Shown in pieces: positions 40,459 through 49,560 of a DNA stretch of 64,000 nt. The translations under genes and the position numbers were made by a program. Location of the stretch: assembly GCA_027084135.1 (NCBI GenBank), contig JALWLO010000025.1, positions 3,026 to 67,025 on the forward strand, read 5' to 3'. The notes beneath the pieces are model-generated. The model was not told the origin of the DNA, searched no databases, and saw only the letters and a list, made by a program, of their open reading frames with translations. Source of the stretch: Campylobacterales bacterium (GTDB lineage: Bacteria > Campylobacterota > Campylobacteria > Campylobacterales > QNZT01). Within the stretch, counting starts at the first letter, position 1. Each line of letters begins with the position of its first letter.

Positions 40459-40476
40459 AGAGTGCCGAAGCACTCT
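40459..40476 (-). other. Perfect 7-bp stem with UUCG tetraloop between icd and mdh
   Basis: On the minus strand AGAGUGC-UUCG-GCACUCU, starting 5 nt after the icd stop. No U-tract follows (UAAAAUCU), so it is more likely an intercistronic stabiliser or processing element than an intrinsic terminator. Confidence 0.45.
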
Positions 40477-40481
40477 ATCTT

Positions 40482-42650
40482 TTAGATAGACTCAATAATA
40501 CTATTTAATGTACTACTTGGTCTCATAGCCTCCTCTGCTTTTGCATCATCGGGTTTAAAATAGCCACCAATATCTGATGGTTTACCCTCTACAGCTAAAA
40601 GCTCCTCTAATATTTTAGCTTCACTCTCTTCAAGCTGCTTAGCCACTTCAGCAAATTTTGGATTGCTCTCGGCAAGCGCTTGTGCCCAATACTTCGCTAA
40701 GTAGAAGTGGCTCGCTTTATTATCCGGTTCACCCGCTTTTCTACCCGGAGCGTTATTGTTGTCAAGATAGGCTTCATTTGCTTTATCAAGCGCTTCACAA
40801 ACAGCTTTTACCTTCTCATCACCGGTTTTATTGTAGATCATTCTTAGAGACTCTGCTAGCGCTAAAAACTCTCCAAGACTATCCCATCTAAGGTGACTCT
40901 CTTTTAAGAATTGTTCAACATGTTTCGGTGCTGATCCACCCGCACCAGTCTCGAACAATCCTCCACCGGCAAGCAGTGGAACGATACTCATCATCTTCGC
41001 ACTGGTTCCAAGCTCTAAAATAGGGAAAAGATCTGTCAAATAGTCTCTTAGTACATTTCCGGTAGCTGAAATGGTATTTAACCCTGCTCTTGTTCTTTCT
41101 AGCGTATATCTCATAGCAAGTTTCGGTGCCATAATGTGGTACTCGATAGGCTCCTTCTCGAGGTGTTCAGGTAGATACTCTACAACTTTTTTGATGATAT
41201 TGGCATCGTGCGCTCTTGCAGAGTCTAACCAAAAAACAACAGGATCACCGGTCAGTTTTGCTCTCTCATGAGCCAATCTCACCCAATCTTTAATCGCGAT
41301 ATCTTTCGCTCTATAGGCTCTCCAGATATCACCCTTCTCTACTTCAAAACTCATCAGAACATTACCGGCGCTATCTTTCACCTCAATTGTTCCATTTTCA
41401 GGTACTCGGAAGGTGTATGGATGGGAGCCGTACTCTTCTGCTTTTTTAGCCATTAATCCCACATTGCTCACATGTCCCATCGTCGTTACATCAAATTGAC
41501 CGTGCTTCTTACAATCTTCCAATATCTCTTCGTACATCAAAGCGTAACTTCTATCGGGTATAACAGCCACACACTCTTGAAGCTCGTCCTCTTTATTCCA
41601 CATTTTACCGCCCTCTCTGATAACCGGCGGCATAGAGGCATCGATAATGATGTCATTGGAGAAGTGAAGATTGGTGATAAGGTTGTCACTATCAACCATC
41701 GCGATATTTGGCTCACCGCTTAGGATTACATTTTTGATCGCCTCCTCTATCTCCTCTCTTTTATCAGAGTTTTCAAGTTTTTTGAGAAGATCGCCGATAC
41801 CGAGATCCGGATTGACTCCAAGCTTCTCAAACTCATCTTTATATTTAGTAAAGAGATCTTTAAAGAACTCTTCAACCGCATAACCAAACATAATCGGATC
41901 GCTCACCTTCATCATCGTCGCTTTGAGATGGATCGACCATAAGAGTCCCTTCTCTTTCGCATCTTGGATCGTTTTTGCTAAAAGCTTTTTAAGAAATGCC
42001 GCCGACATAAAGCTAGCTGACACCACCTCTTTCTCCTCTATGTCATCTATTGTTTTTAAAACCTTCCCATTTAACTCTATCGTATAGTTATCCGCTTTAT
42101 CAGCTATGAGAGATTGTTCATTCTCATAAAAGTCACCCTCTTCCATATATGCAACATAGGCTTGGCAATTTGGATCAAACGGTTTGAGTCTATGAGGATG
42201 TTTTTGCGCAAACTTTTTCACCGCCGCCGCCGCTCTTCTATCGGAGTTACCTTCCCTAAGAACCGGGTTAACCGCACTACCTAGACACTTAGCATATTTT
42301 TCAGCGATCTCTTTCTCCTCGTCGGTCTGAGGATTTTCAGGGAAATCCGGAAGATCAAATCCCTTCTCTTTCAACTCTGCTATACACGCTTTTAATTGCG
42401 GTACGGAAGCAGAAATATTAGGAAGCTTTATAATATTGGCTTCAGGTTTTTTGACAAGTTCACCAAGTTTTGCAAGCTCATCATCCATATAGCCAAATGC
42501 AGCCAGTACACGCCCTGCAAGTGATATATCACTCTGCTCTATATCAACACCCGCCTCTTTCAAGAACTTCTCGACTATAGGATATAGTGAATAAGTTGCA
42601 AGAGCCGGTGCTTCATCAATCTTCGTCCAAATGATTTTCGGTTGAGACAT
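40482..42650 (-). CDS. icd: Monomeric-type NADP-isocitrate dehydrogenase
   Basis: 722 aa. N-terminus KIIWTKIDEAPALATYSLYPIV matches the monomeric IDH family (Azotobacter/Campylobacter type). Confidence 0.93.
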   Translation of the reverse strand: MSQPKIIWTKIDEAPALATYSLYPIVEKFLKEAGVDIEQSDISLAGRVLAAFGYMDDELAKLGELVKKPEANIIKLPNISASVPQLKACIAELKEKGFDLPDFPENPQTDEEKEIAEKYAKCLGSAVNPVLREGNSDRRAAAAVKKFAQKHPHRLKPFDPNCQAYVAYMEEGDFYENEQSLIADKADNYTIELNGKVLKTIDDIEEKEVVSASFMSAAFLKKLLAKTIQDAKEKGLLWSIHLKATMMKVSDPIMFGYAVEEFFKDLFTKYKDEFEKLGVNPDLGIGDLLKKLENSDKREEIEEAIKNVILSGEPNIAMVDSDNLITNLHFSNDIIIDASMPPVIREGGKMWNKEDELQECVAVIPDRSYALMYEEILEDCKKHGQFDVTTMGHVSNVGLMAKKAEEYGSHPYTFRVPENGTIEVKDSAGNVLMSFEVEKGDIWRAYRAKDIAIKDWVRLAHERAKLTGDPVVFWLDSARAHDANIIKKVVEYLPEHLEKEPIEYHIMAPKLAMRYTLERTRAGLNTISATGNVLRDYLTDLFPILELGTSAKMMSIVPLLAGGGLFETGAGGSAPKHVEQFLKESHLRWDSLGEFLALAESLRMIYNKTGDEKVKAVCEALDKANEAYLDNNNAPGRKAGEPDNKASHFYLAKYWAQALAESNPKFAEVAKQLEESEAKILEELLAVEGKPSDIGGYFKPDDAKAEEAMRPSSTLNSIIESI

Positions 42651-42767
42651 CGTTTTTTCCTTTTGTAATGTAGTTTATAAACTTTAGTACTATTAAGATA
42701 TTTAAAAAAGTTATTATATCACCTTCTAGTTTGATTTTTGTTTAGGATGCGTACTCATGCGCCATAT

Positions 42768-42784
42768 TGTTACAAAAAGTAACA
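42768..42784. promoter_or_regulatory. Candidate operator: palindrome TGTTAC-AAAAA-GTAACA upstream of icd
   Basis: Perfect 6-5-6 inverted repeat about 118-134 nt upstream of the icd ATG. A near-identical palindrome lies upstream of acnB (46940-46956). Confidence 0.4.
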
Positions 42785-42809
42785 CCAATATAGCTTTAAT
42801 GTTTCATTT

Positions 42810-43748
42810 TTACTCACTTTTGATATGGTAAAGATGCTTTTTATAGCTTTTAGAAAAAATATGTTTCCCATTTTTACCTTTTACAAAGTATAAATAATCT
42901 ACTTCCGGCATATGAAAAAGCGCATCTATCGCAGCTTCACTTACGATTGATACGGGATAGGGTGGAAGCGCTTTGATTTTGTAAGTGTTGAACGGAGAGT
43001 TATCCTCATTTATCCTCTTTTTGGTCACCTTGATATGTGAATATTTGCCATAATTTAATGTCCCGTCCATCTGAAGCCGCATCCCCTTCTTTAGACGGTT
43101 TTCTATAACCTTAGCGATGATTGGCATCTCACTTTTGTCCGCAGCCTCTTTTTGGATGATCGAAGCTTTCGTAACAATCTTCTCAAACCACTCTTTTTGG
43201 TCAAATTGATTGAGGTATTTTCTCGCTAAACTTTGATGTATTTGGAGAGAATTTGTCACTAAATGTAACATTAACGCTTTCTCATCTATACCTATCGGCA
43301 ATTTATAGGTCTCCGCAAAGAGCACACCCTCCGGATAGGGAGCATATTTTGCATAACTATCCTTGAGTTTGTCAATATCCAACTCAAACTTTTTTGCTAA
43401 TTGAGTAAGTACTATTTCGGTCGTTTCTCCCGGTATGATTGTAAAAGATCTTAAAGCCGCTTTAGCGTGGGTTAATCGGTAAAAAAACTCCCCTCTTTTG
43501 ATTGAACCCTCTTTAAATGCTATCCAACCCGCTTGCGGATAGCCGTATCGTTTAATGATATAGTAGTCAAACCAGTGTAGATCTAAACCGCTTTTTTGAA
43601 AATGCTTTAGTACCGATTTGGTATTACCTTTTGGGATAAAGAGAAGCTTAGGAACAGATATCGAGGAGTTAATATAATTTTGATAGGAAAAGTAGGCGGT
43701 TAGTACTAAACTTACGAGTACTAATCCGCTTATGAGAACTTTTTTCAA
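42810..43748 (-). CDS. mltG: Endolytic murein transglycosylase MltG (YceG-like)
   Basis: 312 aa. N-terminal TM anchor and YceG core (ASIIQKEAAD, NTYKIKALPPYPVS). Confidence 0.85.
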   Translation of the reverse strand: MKKVLISGLVLVSLVLTAYFSYQNYINSSISVPKLLFIPKGNTKSVLKHFQKSGLDLHWFDYYIIKRYGYPQAGWIAFKEGSIKRGEFFYRLTHAKAALRSFTIIPGETTEIVLTQLAKKFELDIDKLKDSYAKYAPYPEGVLFAETYKLPIGIDEKALMLHLVTNSLQIHQSLARKYLNQFDQKEWFEKIVTKASIIQKEAADKSEMPIIAKVIENRLKKGMRLQMDGTLNYGKYSHIKVTKKRINEDNSPFNTYKIKALPPYPVSIVSEAAIDALFHMPEVDYLYFVKGKNGKHIFSKSYKKHLYHIKSE

Positions 43749-43751
43749 TGG

Positions 43752-44180
43752 CTAAAATTGGTGTGCGCAATATTTGCATTTGGTCGCAGCTATCGGTATA
43801 TCAGCCATCGCACATTCAGGACAGGTTTTGGTAGTCGGTGCTTCTTCCTCTTGCTTTTGCAGTTTATTGATCGTTCTCACCAACATAAAGATGACAAAAC
43901 CTAAAATCACAAAACTTATGGCATCATTTGCAAAGAGACCATATTTGATAGCAGGAGCACCCGCCTTCTCAAGCTCAGCCAATGTCGCATACTCTTTTCC
44001 GTCAAGTGCAAAGAAACTGTTTGAGAAGTCAACTCCGCCCATCAAAAGACCGATAGGAGGCATAATCACATTTTCAACAAAGCTCTTTACGATAGAGGCA
44101 AAAGCGGCACCGAATATAAAACCGACAGCCATATCAACGGCATTTCCTTTGATCAAAAACTCTTTAAACTCTTTTAGCAT
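43752..44180 (-). CDS. mscL: Large-conductance mechanosensitive channel MscL with C-terminal CxxC...CxxC tail
   Basis: 142 aa. MLKEFKEFLIKGNAVDMAVGFIFGAAF is canonical MscL. The C-terminus ends CPECAMADIPIAATKCKYCAHQF. Confidence 0.92.
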   Translation of the reverse strand: MLKEFKEFLIKGNAVDMAVGFIFGAAFASIVKSFVENVIMPPIGLLMGGVDFSNSFFALDGKEYATLAELEKAGAPAIKYGLFANDAISFVILGFVIFMLVRTINKLQKQEEEAPTTKTCPECAMADIPIAATKCKYCAHQF

Positions 44181-44207
44181 AAAAACTCCTTAAACAAAAT
44201 TTAGTAA

Positions 44208-44236
44208 ATAATAGCTAAAAAATAAATCGCTGTCAA
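44208..44236 (-). promoter_or_regulatory. Sigma70-type promoter for mscL(-mltG)
   Basis: On the minus strand TTGACA (44236-44231), 17-nt spacer, TATTAT (44213-44208). AAGGAG SD lies ahead of the ATG at 44180. Confidence 0.55.
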
Positions 44237-44275
44237 TCTTGTATAATAAATTTTGAAGGAAGAGTAAGAAGTGTT

Positions 44276-44307
44276 AAAAAACATATATCAGGGAGAGATC
44301 CCTGATA
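44276..44307 (-). terminator. Rho-independent terminator of acnB
   Basis: Directly after the acnB TAG on the minus strand: UAUCAGGGA-UCUC-UCCCUGAUA (perfect 9-bp stem) followed by UAUGUUUUUU. Confidence 0.78.
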
Positions 44308-46878
44308 CTACTCCATGATTTCGGTTAGCTTCTCTTTATCTAATTCGTTGAAGTTTAGATATCTGTAGATATTATCGCTCATATCCGGCTTGATTTTGCT
44401 ATTTACGATCTCAAAGTACTCCTCGGCAGTCGGTATTCTACCTTTGATCGCAACAACTGCGGCAAGCTCAGCCGATCCGAGGTAAACTTTAGAGTCTTTA
44501 CCAAGTCTGTTATCAAAGTTTCTGGTACTAGTACTAAAGACCCATGCACCTTGAGCCACTTGAGCTTGGTTACCCATACACAAACTACATCCCGGAAGCT
44601 CCGTTCTTGCTCCCGCTTGTCCGTAAATTGCGTAATAACCCTCTTCGATAAGGGTCTTCTCATCCATCTTTGTCGGAGGACATACCCATAATCTGGTAGG
44701 TACCTGTCCCTCACCTTTTAAGACCTCTCCAAGCGCTCTAAAGAGACCGATATTTGTCATACAACTTCCTACAAAGACTTCATCGATCTCAGTTCTAAGT
44801 CCGCTCTCATGGATTTCGCTAAGCGTCTTCACATCATCCGGATCGTTCGGACATGCAAGGATCGGCTCTTTGATCTCATTCATATCTATCTCGATTACAG
44901 CCGCATACTCCGCATCTTTATCCGCCTCTAAAAGTGTCGGATTTTTGAGCCACTCTCTCATTTTGTCCGCTCTTCTTTTAAGCGTATTTTTATCCTCATA
45001 ACCTTGAGCTATAAGCTCTTCAATAAGAACGATATTTGATTCGAGATACTCAATGATCGGCTCTTTATTGAGTTTTACGGTACATGCAGCCGCACTTCTC
45101 TCGGCACTTGCGTCGCTTAACTCAAACGCCTGCTCACACTTAAGATCCTCAAGTCCCTCTATCTCAAGTATTCTTCCGGCAAAGATATTCTTTTTACCCT
45201 TTTTCTCGACAGTTAAAAGTCCCTGCTTAATAGCATAGTACGGTATGGCGTTTACAAGGTCTCTAAGTGTAATACCCGGTTGCATCTCACCCTTAAATCT
45301 AACCAAAACAGATTCCGGCATCGTTAGAGGCATCATTCCTGTAACAGCCGCAAATGCCACAAGACCGCTTCCTGCTGGGAATGATATACCGATTGGGAAT
45401 CTTGTGTGAGAGTCTCCACCCGTTCCTACCGTATCAGGCAGACACATTCTATTGAGCCATGAGTGGATAACTCCGTCACCCGGTCTAAGGATAAACCCTT
45501 TTCTGCTCGTCCAGAAGTCCGGAAGTGTGTGTTGTAGCTCAATGTCGGCAGGTTTCGGATATGCCGCAGTGTGGCAAAATGATTGCAATACAAAATCAGC
45601 ACCGAATGTAAGTGCCGCCAACTCTTTGATCTCATCTCTTGTCATAGGTCCGGTTGTATCTTGGCTACCGACTGTGGTACAGATAGGCTCACAATACATT
45701 CCCGGTCTCACACCCTCCATACCACACGCTTTACCGACCATCTTTTGAGCTAGAGTATAACCTTTCGTACTACCTTCAGGTTGCTCAGGGGTTATAAAGA
45801 TGTCCGAGGCTCCAAGTCCAAGCGCCTCTCTCGCTTTTGCGGTTAATCCTTTACCGATAATAAGTGGTATCCTTCCACCCGCTCTCACTTCATCAGGAAG
45901 GGTGTTTGGTTTGAGTTTAAACTCACTAACAACTTTACCCTCCTTCTCGATAACACCTTCAAAAGGTTTAACAACGATCACATCACCCGTCTCAAGCTCA
46001 TCAACCGGTGCTTCGATAGGAAGCGCACCGCTATCTTGAGCCGTATTGAAGAATATCGGTGCGATGATTCCACCGATTACCACACCGCCTGTTCGCTTAT
46101 TCGGGATACCCGGTATATCCTTACCGAAGTGCCACTGGACAGAGTTTATACCGCTCTTTCTACTACTACCGGTTCCTACCACATCACCGACATAAGCCAG
46201 ATCATGCCCCTTCTTCTTCAACTCTTCGATAGTTTCTAGTGCATTTTCCATTCTGGCTCTTAGCATAGATTGTGCATGAAGCGGGATATCGGCTCTCGTA
46301 AAGGCTTCACTGGCAGGACTTAGGTCATCGGTATTTGTCTCACCCGGAACTTTAAATACCGTTAGCGTTATCTCCTTCGGTAGTTCAGGTTTAGAGGTAA
46401 ACCACTCAGCATTTGCCCAAGATTCGATCACCTCTTTTGCAAAACGATTCCCCTCATCCATCAAATCTTTCACATCATTAAAGGCATCATATACCAAGAT
46501 CGTATGCTTTAGCTCATCCGCGGCAGCCTGCGCAACCTCTACATGCTCACTCTTAAGCGCCTCTACAAGCGGTCCTACATTGTATCCGCCGAGCATACTT
46601 CCTAAAATTTTAATCGCATCGACTCTCGTTAAAGCTTTGCAGTGTGCATCACCCGTTACGATAGCGTTTAAAAATGCCGCTTTCACATACGCCGCGTCAT
46701 CAACACCCGCAGGAACTCTATTTTTAAGCAGGTCTAAAAGATACTCCTCTTCAGGAATAGGATCTTGCTTCAGTAGTTCAACCAACTCATTTACCTGTTG
46801 CGCCGTCAACGGAAGCGGTGGAACATTTAGCTTCGCTCTCTCTTCTGTATGTTTTTTATACTCTTCGATTAGACTCAT
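44308..46878 (-). CDS. acnB: Aconitate hydratase B (bifunctional aconitase / 2-methylisocitrate dehydratase)
   Basis: 856 aa. N-terminal HEAT-like domain ([22 protein letters not shown], as in E. coli AcnB), and the Fe-S ligand Cys region. Confidence 0.96.
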   Translation of the reverse strand: MSLIEEYKKHTEERAKLNVPPLPLTAQQVNELVELLKQDPIPEEEYLLDLLKNRVPAGVDDAAYVKAAFLNAIVTGDAHCKALTRVDAIKILGSMLGGYNVGPLVEALKSEHVEVAQAAADELKHTILVYDAFNDVKDLMDEGNRFAKEVIESWANAEWFTSKPELPKEITLTVFKVPGETNTDDLSPASEAFTRADIPLHAQSMLRARMENALETIEELKKKGHDLAYVGDVVGTGSSRKSGINSVQWHFGKDIPGIPNKRTGGVVIGGIIAPIFFNTAQDSGALPIEAPVDELETGDVIVVKPFEGVIEKEGKVVSEFKLKPNTLPDEVRAGGRIPLIIGKGLTAKAREALGLGASDIFITPEQPEGSTKGYTLAQKMVGKACGMEGVRPGMYCEPICTTVGSQDTTGPMTRDEIKELAALTFGADFVLQSFCHTAAYPKPADIELQHTLPDFWTSRKGFILRPGDGVIHSWLNRMCLPDTVGTGGDSHTRFPIGISFPAGSGLVAFAAVTGMMPLTMPESVLVRFKGEMQPGITLRDLVNAIPYYAIKQGLLTVEKKGKKNIFAGRILEIEGLEDLKCEQAFELSDASAERSAAACTVKLNKEPIIEYLESNIVLIEELIAQGYEDKNTLKRRADKMREWLKNPTLLEADKDAEYAAVIEIDMNEIKEPILACPNDPDDVKTLSEIHESGLRTEIDEVFVGSCMTNIGLFRALGEVLKGEGQVPTRLWVCPPTKMDEKTLIEEGYYAIYGQAGARTELPGCSLCMGNQAQVAQGAWVFSTSTRNFDNRLGKDSKVYLGSAELAAVVAIKGRIPTAEEYFEIVNSKIKPDMSDNIYRYLNFNELDKEKLTEIME

Positions 46879-46939
46879 ATAACTCTCCCTTAAAAAATTT
46901 TTTCTATTTTACACTATCCTATAGCTCAAATAGATAACA

Positions 46940-46956
46940 AGTTACAAATTGTAACA
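46940..46956. promoter_or_regulatory. Candidate operator: palindrome AGTTAC-AAATT-GTAACA upstream of acnB
   Basis: GTTACAA-A-TTGTAAC is a perfect 7-1-7 dyad 62-78 nt upstream of the acnB ATG. It overlaps the likely -35 region (putative -10 TAAAAT about 46907-46912 on the minus strand). An extra half-site TGTTAC is at 46982-46987. Confidence 0.4.
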
Positions 46957-46990
46957 TTCAAAAAGAGAAAGTGTTTCGATTTGTTACACT

Positions 46991-49375
46991 CTAAATCAAA
47001 ATCTCCCTCTGACCCTTTGCATTCGGTGCCGATAAGACTCCAGCCATCTCAAGCTGTTCTATAATGGTAGCAGATCGGTTGTAACCTATCTGCAATCTTC
47101 TTTGAAGATAGCAAATAGAGGTCTTTTTATCTTTTAAAATAACCTCCTTTGCCTCTTCAAAAAGTGGATCAAAATCACCACCACCAGATGGTGATCCTGC
47201 CGAGGCACACCCACTTGAACTCTCACTGTCAACACCCTCACTGAGATAAGAGGGATCATACTCTACCTCTCTTTGCGCCTTTAAAAACTCTACGATATCT
47301 TCTATCTCCTCTTCTGTGATAAAGGGTGCATGAAGCCTGATGATCCCGCTAGTACCCGGAGGTGTAAAGAGCATATCTCCTCTTCCAAGTAGTGATTCGG
47401 CACCTTGGGTATCGAGTATAATTTTCGAATCGATCTTTTGACCCACTTTGAAACTTATACGACTTGGCAGGTTTGCCTTAATGAGTCCGGTTACGACATC
47501 AACTGATGGTCTTTGGGTCGCTACGATGATATGGATTCCGCTTGCCCTTGCCATCTGTGCGAGTCTAGCGATATAAAACTCCACATCCTTTCCGCTTGTC
47601 ATCATCAGATCTGCTAATTCGTCAATGATCACCACTATATATGGGAAGGGTTCTCTCCCCTCTTTGAGCGCTTTTTGGTTGTAGTTTTCGATATTTTTCG
47701 TCTTTGTTTTACTCATCAACTTATATCGCTTCTCCATCTCCAAAACCATATTAGATAGTGCGGTAATCGCCCTTTTAGGCTCAGTGATAACAGGTGTGAG
47801 AAGATGCGGGATATCATTATAGATAGAGAACTCAAGCATCTTTGGATCTATCATCAAAAGTTTAAGGTTATCGGGTGAGTTTCGATAGAGCAGAGAGACA
47901 AGCATCGAGTTCACCCCCACACTTTTACCGCTTCCTGTGGTTCCAGCTATCAAGAGGTGAGGAAGCGCTTTGAGATCTGTCACAAAAGGGTTACCGACGA
48001 TATCCTTACCCAGTGCGATCGTTAACGGCGAACTACTATTTTTAAAGACGGAAGAGTCAAGGATCTCTCTGAGATAGATCGTTTGACTCTCTTTATTGGG
48101 TATCTCGATACCGACCACATCTTTACCCGGTATCGGCGCTTGGATACGGATCGTCTCCGCCTTTAACGCCATAGCAAGATCATCTTGGAGATTTAAGATC
48201 TTAGAGACTTTGATATGGGCATCTGGCTTAAACTCAAATGTCGTAACAACGGGTCCCGAGTAAGTTCTTACCACATCACCGGTGATCTTAAACTGCTTTA
48301 ATTTGTCTATCAAATACTCTATCTTTTGATCTATCTCACTCTCATCAACACTTACTCTCTTTTTAGGCGGCTTTTTGAGGTAGTCGATATGAGGTAGTTT
48401 GAAATTTTTCGGTTTGAGGCTTTTTCCTTTTTTGATCGTATCTTGAAGATATCTGCTGTTCTCTTCAAGCTCTTTGACCAATGGGGTAGCTTTTTTGACA
48501 ACCTTTTCGCTTTTGGTCTCTTCTATAGGCTCTTGAAGAGTCTCATCCTCTCTCTCTTGCCTCACCTCCTCTTTAAATGTTTGAGAAGTTCTCTTTGCTA
48601 TGCCGATATCTTCAAGATTAGTACTAGAGTGAACACTAGTAGAAGTTTTTGTGTGAAAGAGATCATCGATGGATGTGACCGTATTGAGTGATAGATCCTC
48701 TTCATAGCCTGGAGGAGACTCCTCGCTCTTTATCTCTTTCATACTTACTGCACCTATTTGGTTTTGCGTATCACTCTCTCTAACTTTTCGCTCATAGATA
48801 TCCTCATCGATCGCCACCCTACTTCTCTCTTTAGCCTCTTTTAAAAACTCATTTTCAAGCTCTACATATTCACTATCGCTAGGAAAAAGAAATGCAACAA
48901 TACGATCTTTTATCTCTCGTAACTCTCTCCTTATATTGATGGAATTGGATAGCTCTTCAAAGGAGGCGTTTAACATCAGCGTGACCGATAGGATGATAGA
49001 AGAGATGATAAAGAGCCAGACACCTATATTTCCGATATAACTCTGTAGAAAGTGATTGCTAAATCTCCCTATCGCACCTTGATAGGGGGGCGTAAAAACT
49101 TTGGCTTGAAAGAGTAGAAGCGCAAAAACGAAGAGACCGCCAAGCCATGAAAACTTTAAAAGTTCATCGGTGATTTTACTATTTTTATAGATAAGGTATG
49201 CAGGAAAAATAAGCAAAAAGGGGTATAGATAACCGATAAAACCAAATGTATTACGGTTAAAGTGACCAAACGCACTTCCAAGCGCTCCAACCATCGGAGC
49301 ATCCGGAAAGATGGTAGATATCCCTAAGAAAAGAAGTATAAATACCGATATGATAAACTGCAGTTCTCTTAAAAT
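46991..49375 (-). CDS. ftsK: DNA translocase FtsK (start codon uncertain, probably ATT at 49375)
   Basis: Walker A GTTGSGKSVGVN, motor domain, and gamma domain (YLQRRLQIGYNRSATIIEQLE). The first TM helix (LRELQFIISVFILLFLGISTIF) lies upstream of the track's ATG at 49294, in a frame that opens only after a TAA at 49379-49381. Confidence 0.9.
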   Translation of the reverse strand: MLRELQFIISVFILLFLGISTIFPDAPMVGALGSAFGHFNRNTFGFIGYLYPFLLIFPAYLIYKNSKITDELLKFSWLGGLFVFALLLFQAKVFTPPYQGAIGRFSNHFLQSYIGNIGVWLFIISSIILSVTLMLNASFEELSNSINIRRELREIKDRIVAFLFPSDSEYVELENEFLKEAKERSRVAIDEDIYERKVRESDTQNQIGAVSMKEIKSEESPPGYEEDLSLNTVTSIDDLFHTKTSTSVHSSTNLEDIGIAKRTSQTFKEEVRQEREDETLQEPIEETKSEKVVKKATPLVKELEENSRYLQDTIKKGKSLKPKNFKLPHIDYLKKPPKKRVSVDESEIDQKIEYLIDKLKQFKITGDVVRTYSGPVVTTFEFKPDAHIKVSKILNLQDDLAMALKAETIRIQAPIPGKDVVGIEIPNKESQTIYLREILDSSVFKNSSSPLTIALGKDIVGNPFVTDLKALPHLLIAGTTGSGKSVGVNSMLVSLLYRNSPDNLKLLMIDPKMLEFSIYNDIPHLLTPVITEPKRAITALSNMVLEMEKRYKLMSKTKTKNIENYNQKALKEGREPFPYIVVIIDELADLMMTSGKDVEFYIARLAQMARASGIHIIVATQRPSVDVVTGLIKANLPSRISFKVGQKIDSKIILDTQGAESLLGRGDMLFTPPGTSGIIRLHAPFITEEEIEDIVEFLKAQREVEYDPSYLSEGVDSESSSGCASAGSPSGGGDFDPLFEEAKEVILKDKKTSICYLQRRLQIGYNRSATIIEQLEMAGVLSAPNAKGQREILI

Positions 49376-49395
49376 AGCTTAACCTTTTCTTCAAA

Positions 49396-49560
49396 TCTCA
49401 AAATTTGCATAAGCCAGTATATCATCTGCATTGGTCATTGGCAGCATGGATATTGAAGTAAAGCCTCGACGCATACTCCATATGCGCCTACATTTTCCTT
49501 CAACACCCCTACTACCAAGCACTAACACATCTAATAAACTTTCTCATGCAAAATTTGAGA
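49396..49560 (-). ncRNA. Candidate structured RNA / long imperfect hairpin element (165 nt) between flgL and ftsK
   Basis: 15-nt terminal arms (49396-49410 / 49546-49560) pair 14/15. An inner helix (49446-49458 / 49498-49510) and an apical hairpin (49469-49487) are centred exactly on the midpoint. Several G.U pairs exist only on the minus strand. Confidence 0.3.

Noticed and set aside
44239-44247. A plus-strand TTGTATAAT (extended -10-like) that would drive transcription antisense into acnB.
   Set aside because: It lies in an AT-rich promoter and terminator spacer where such hexamers arise by chance. It has no -35 partner, and the opposite-strand promoter for mscL is far better formed.
49396-49560. 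The flgL-ftsK inverted repeat as a dif/Xer recombination site, suggested by proximity to ftsK.
   Set aside because: dif sites are compact, about 28-40 bp with a 6-8-bp central region. Here the arms are 135 nt apart, and the sequence does not resemble any dif consensus I recall.
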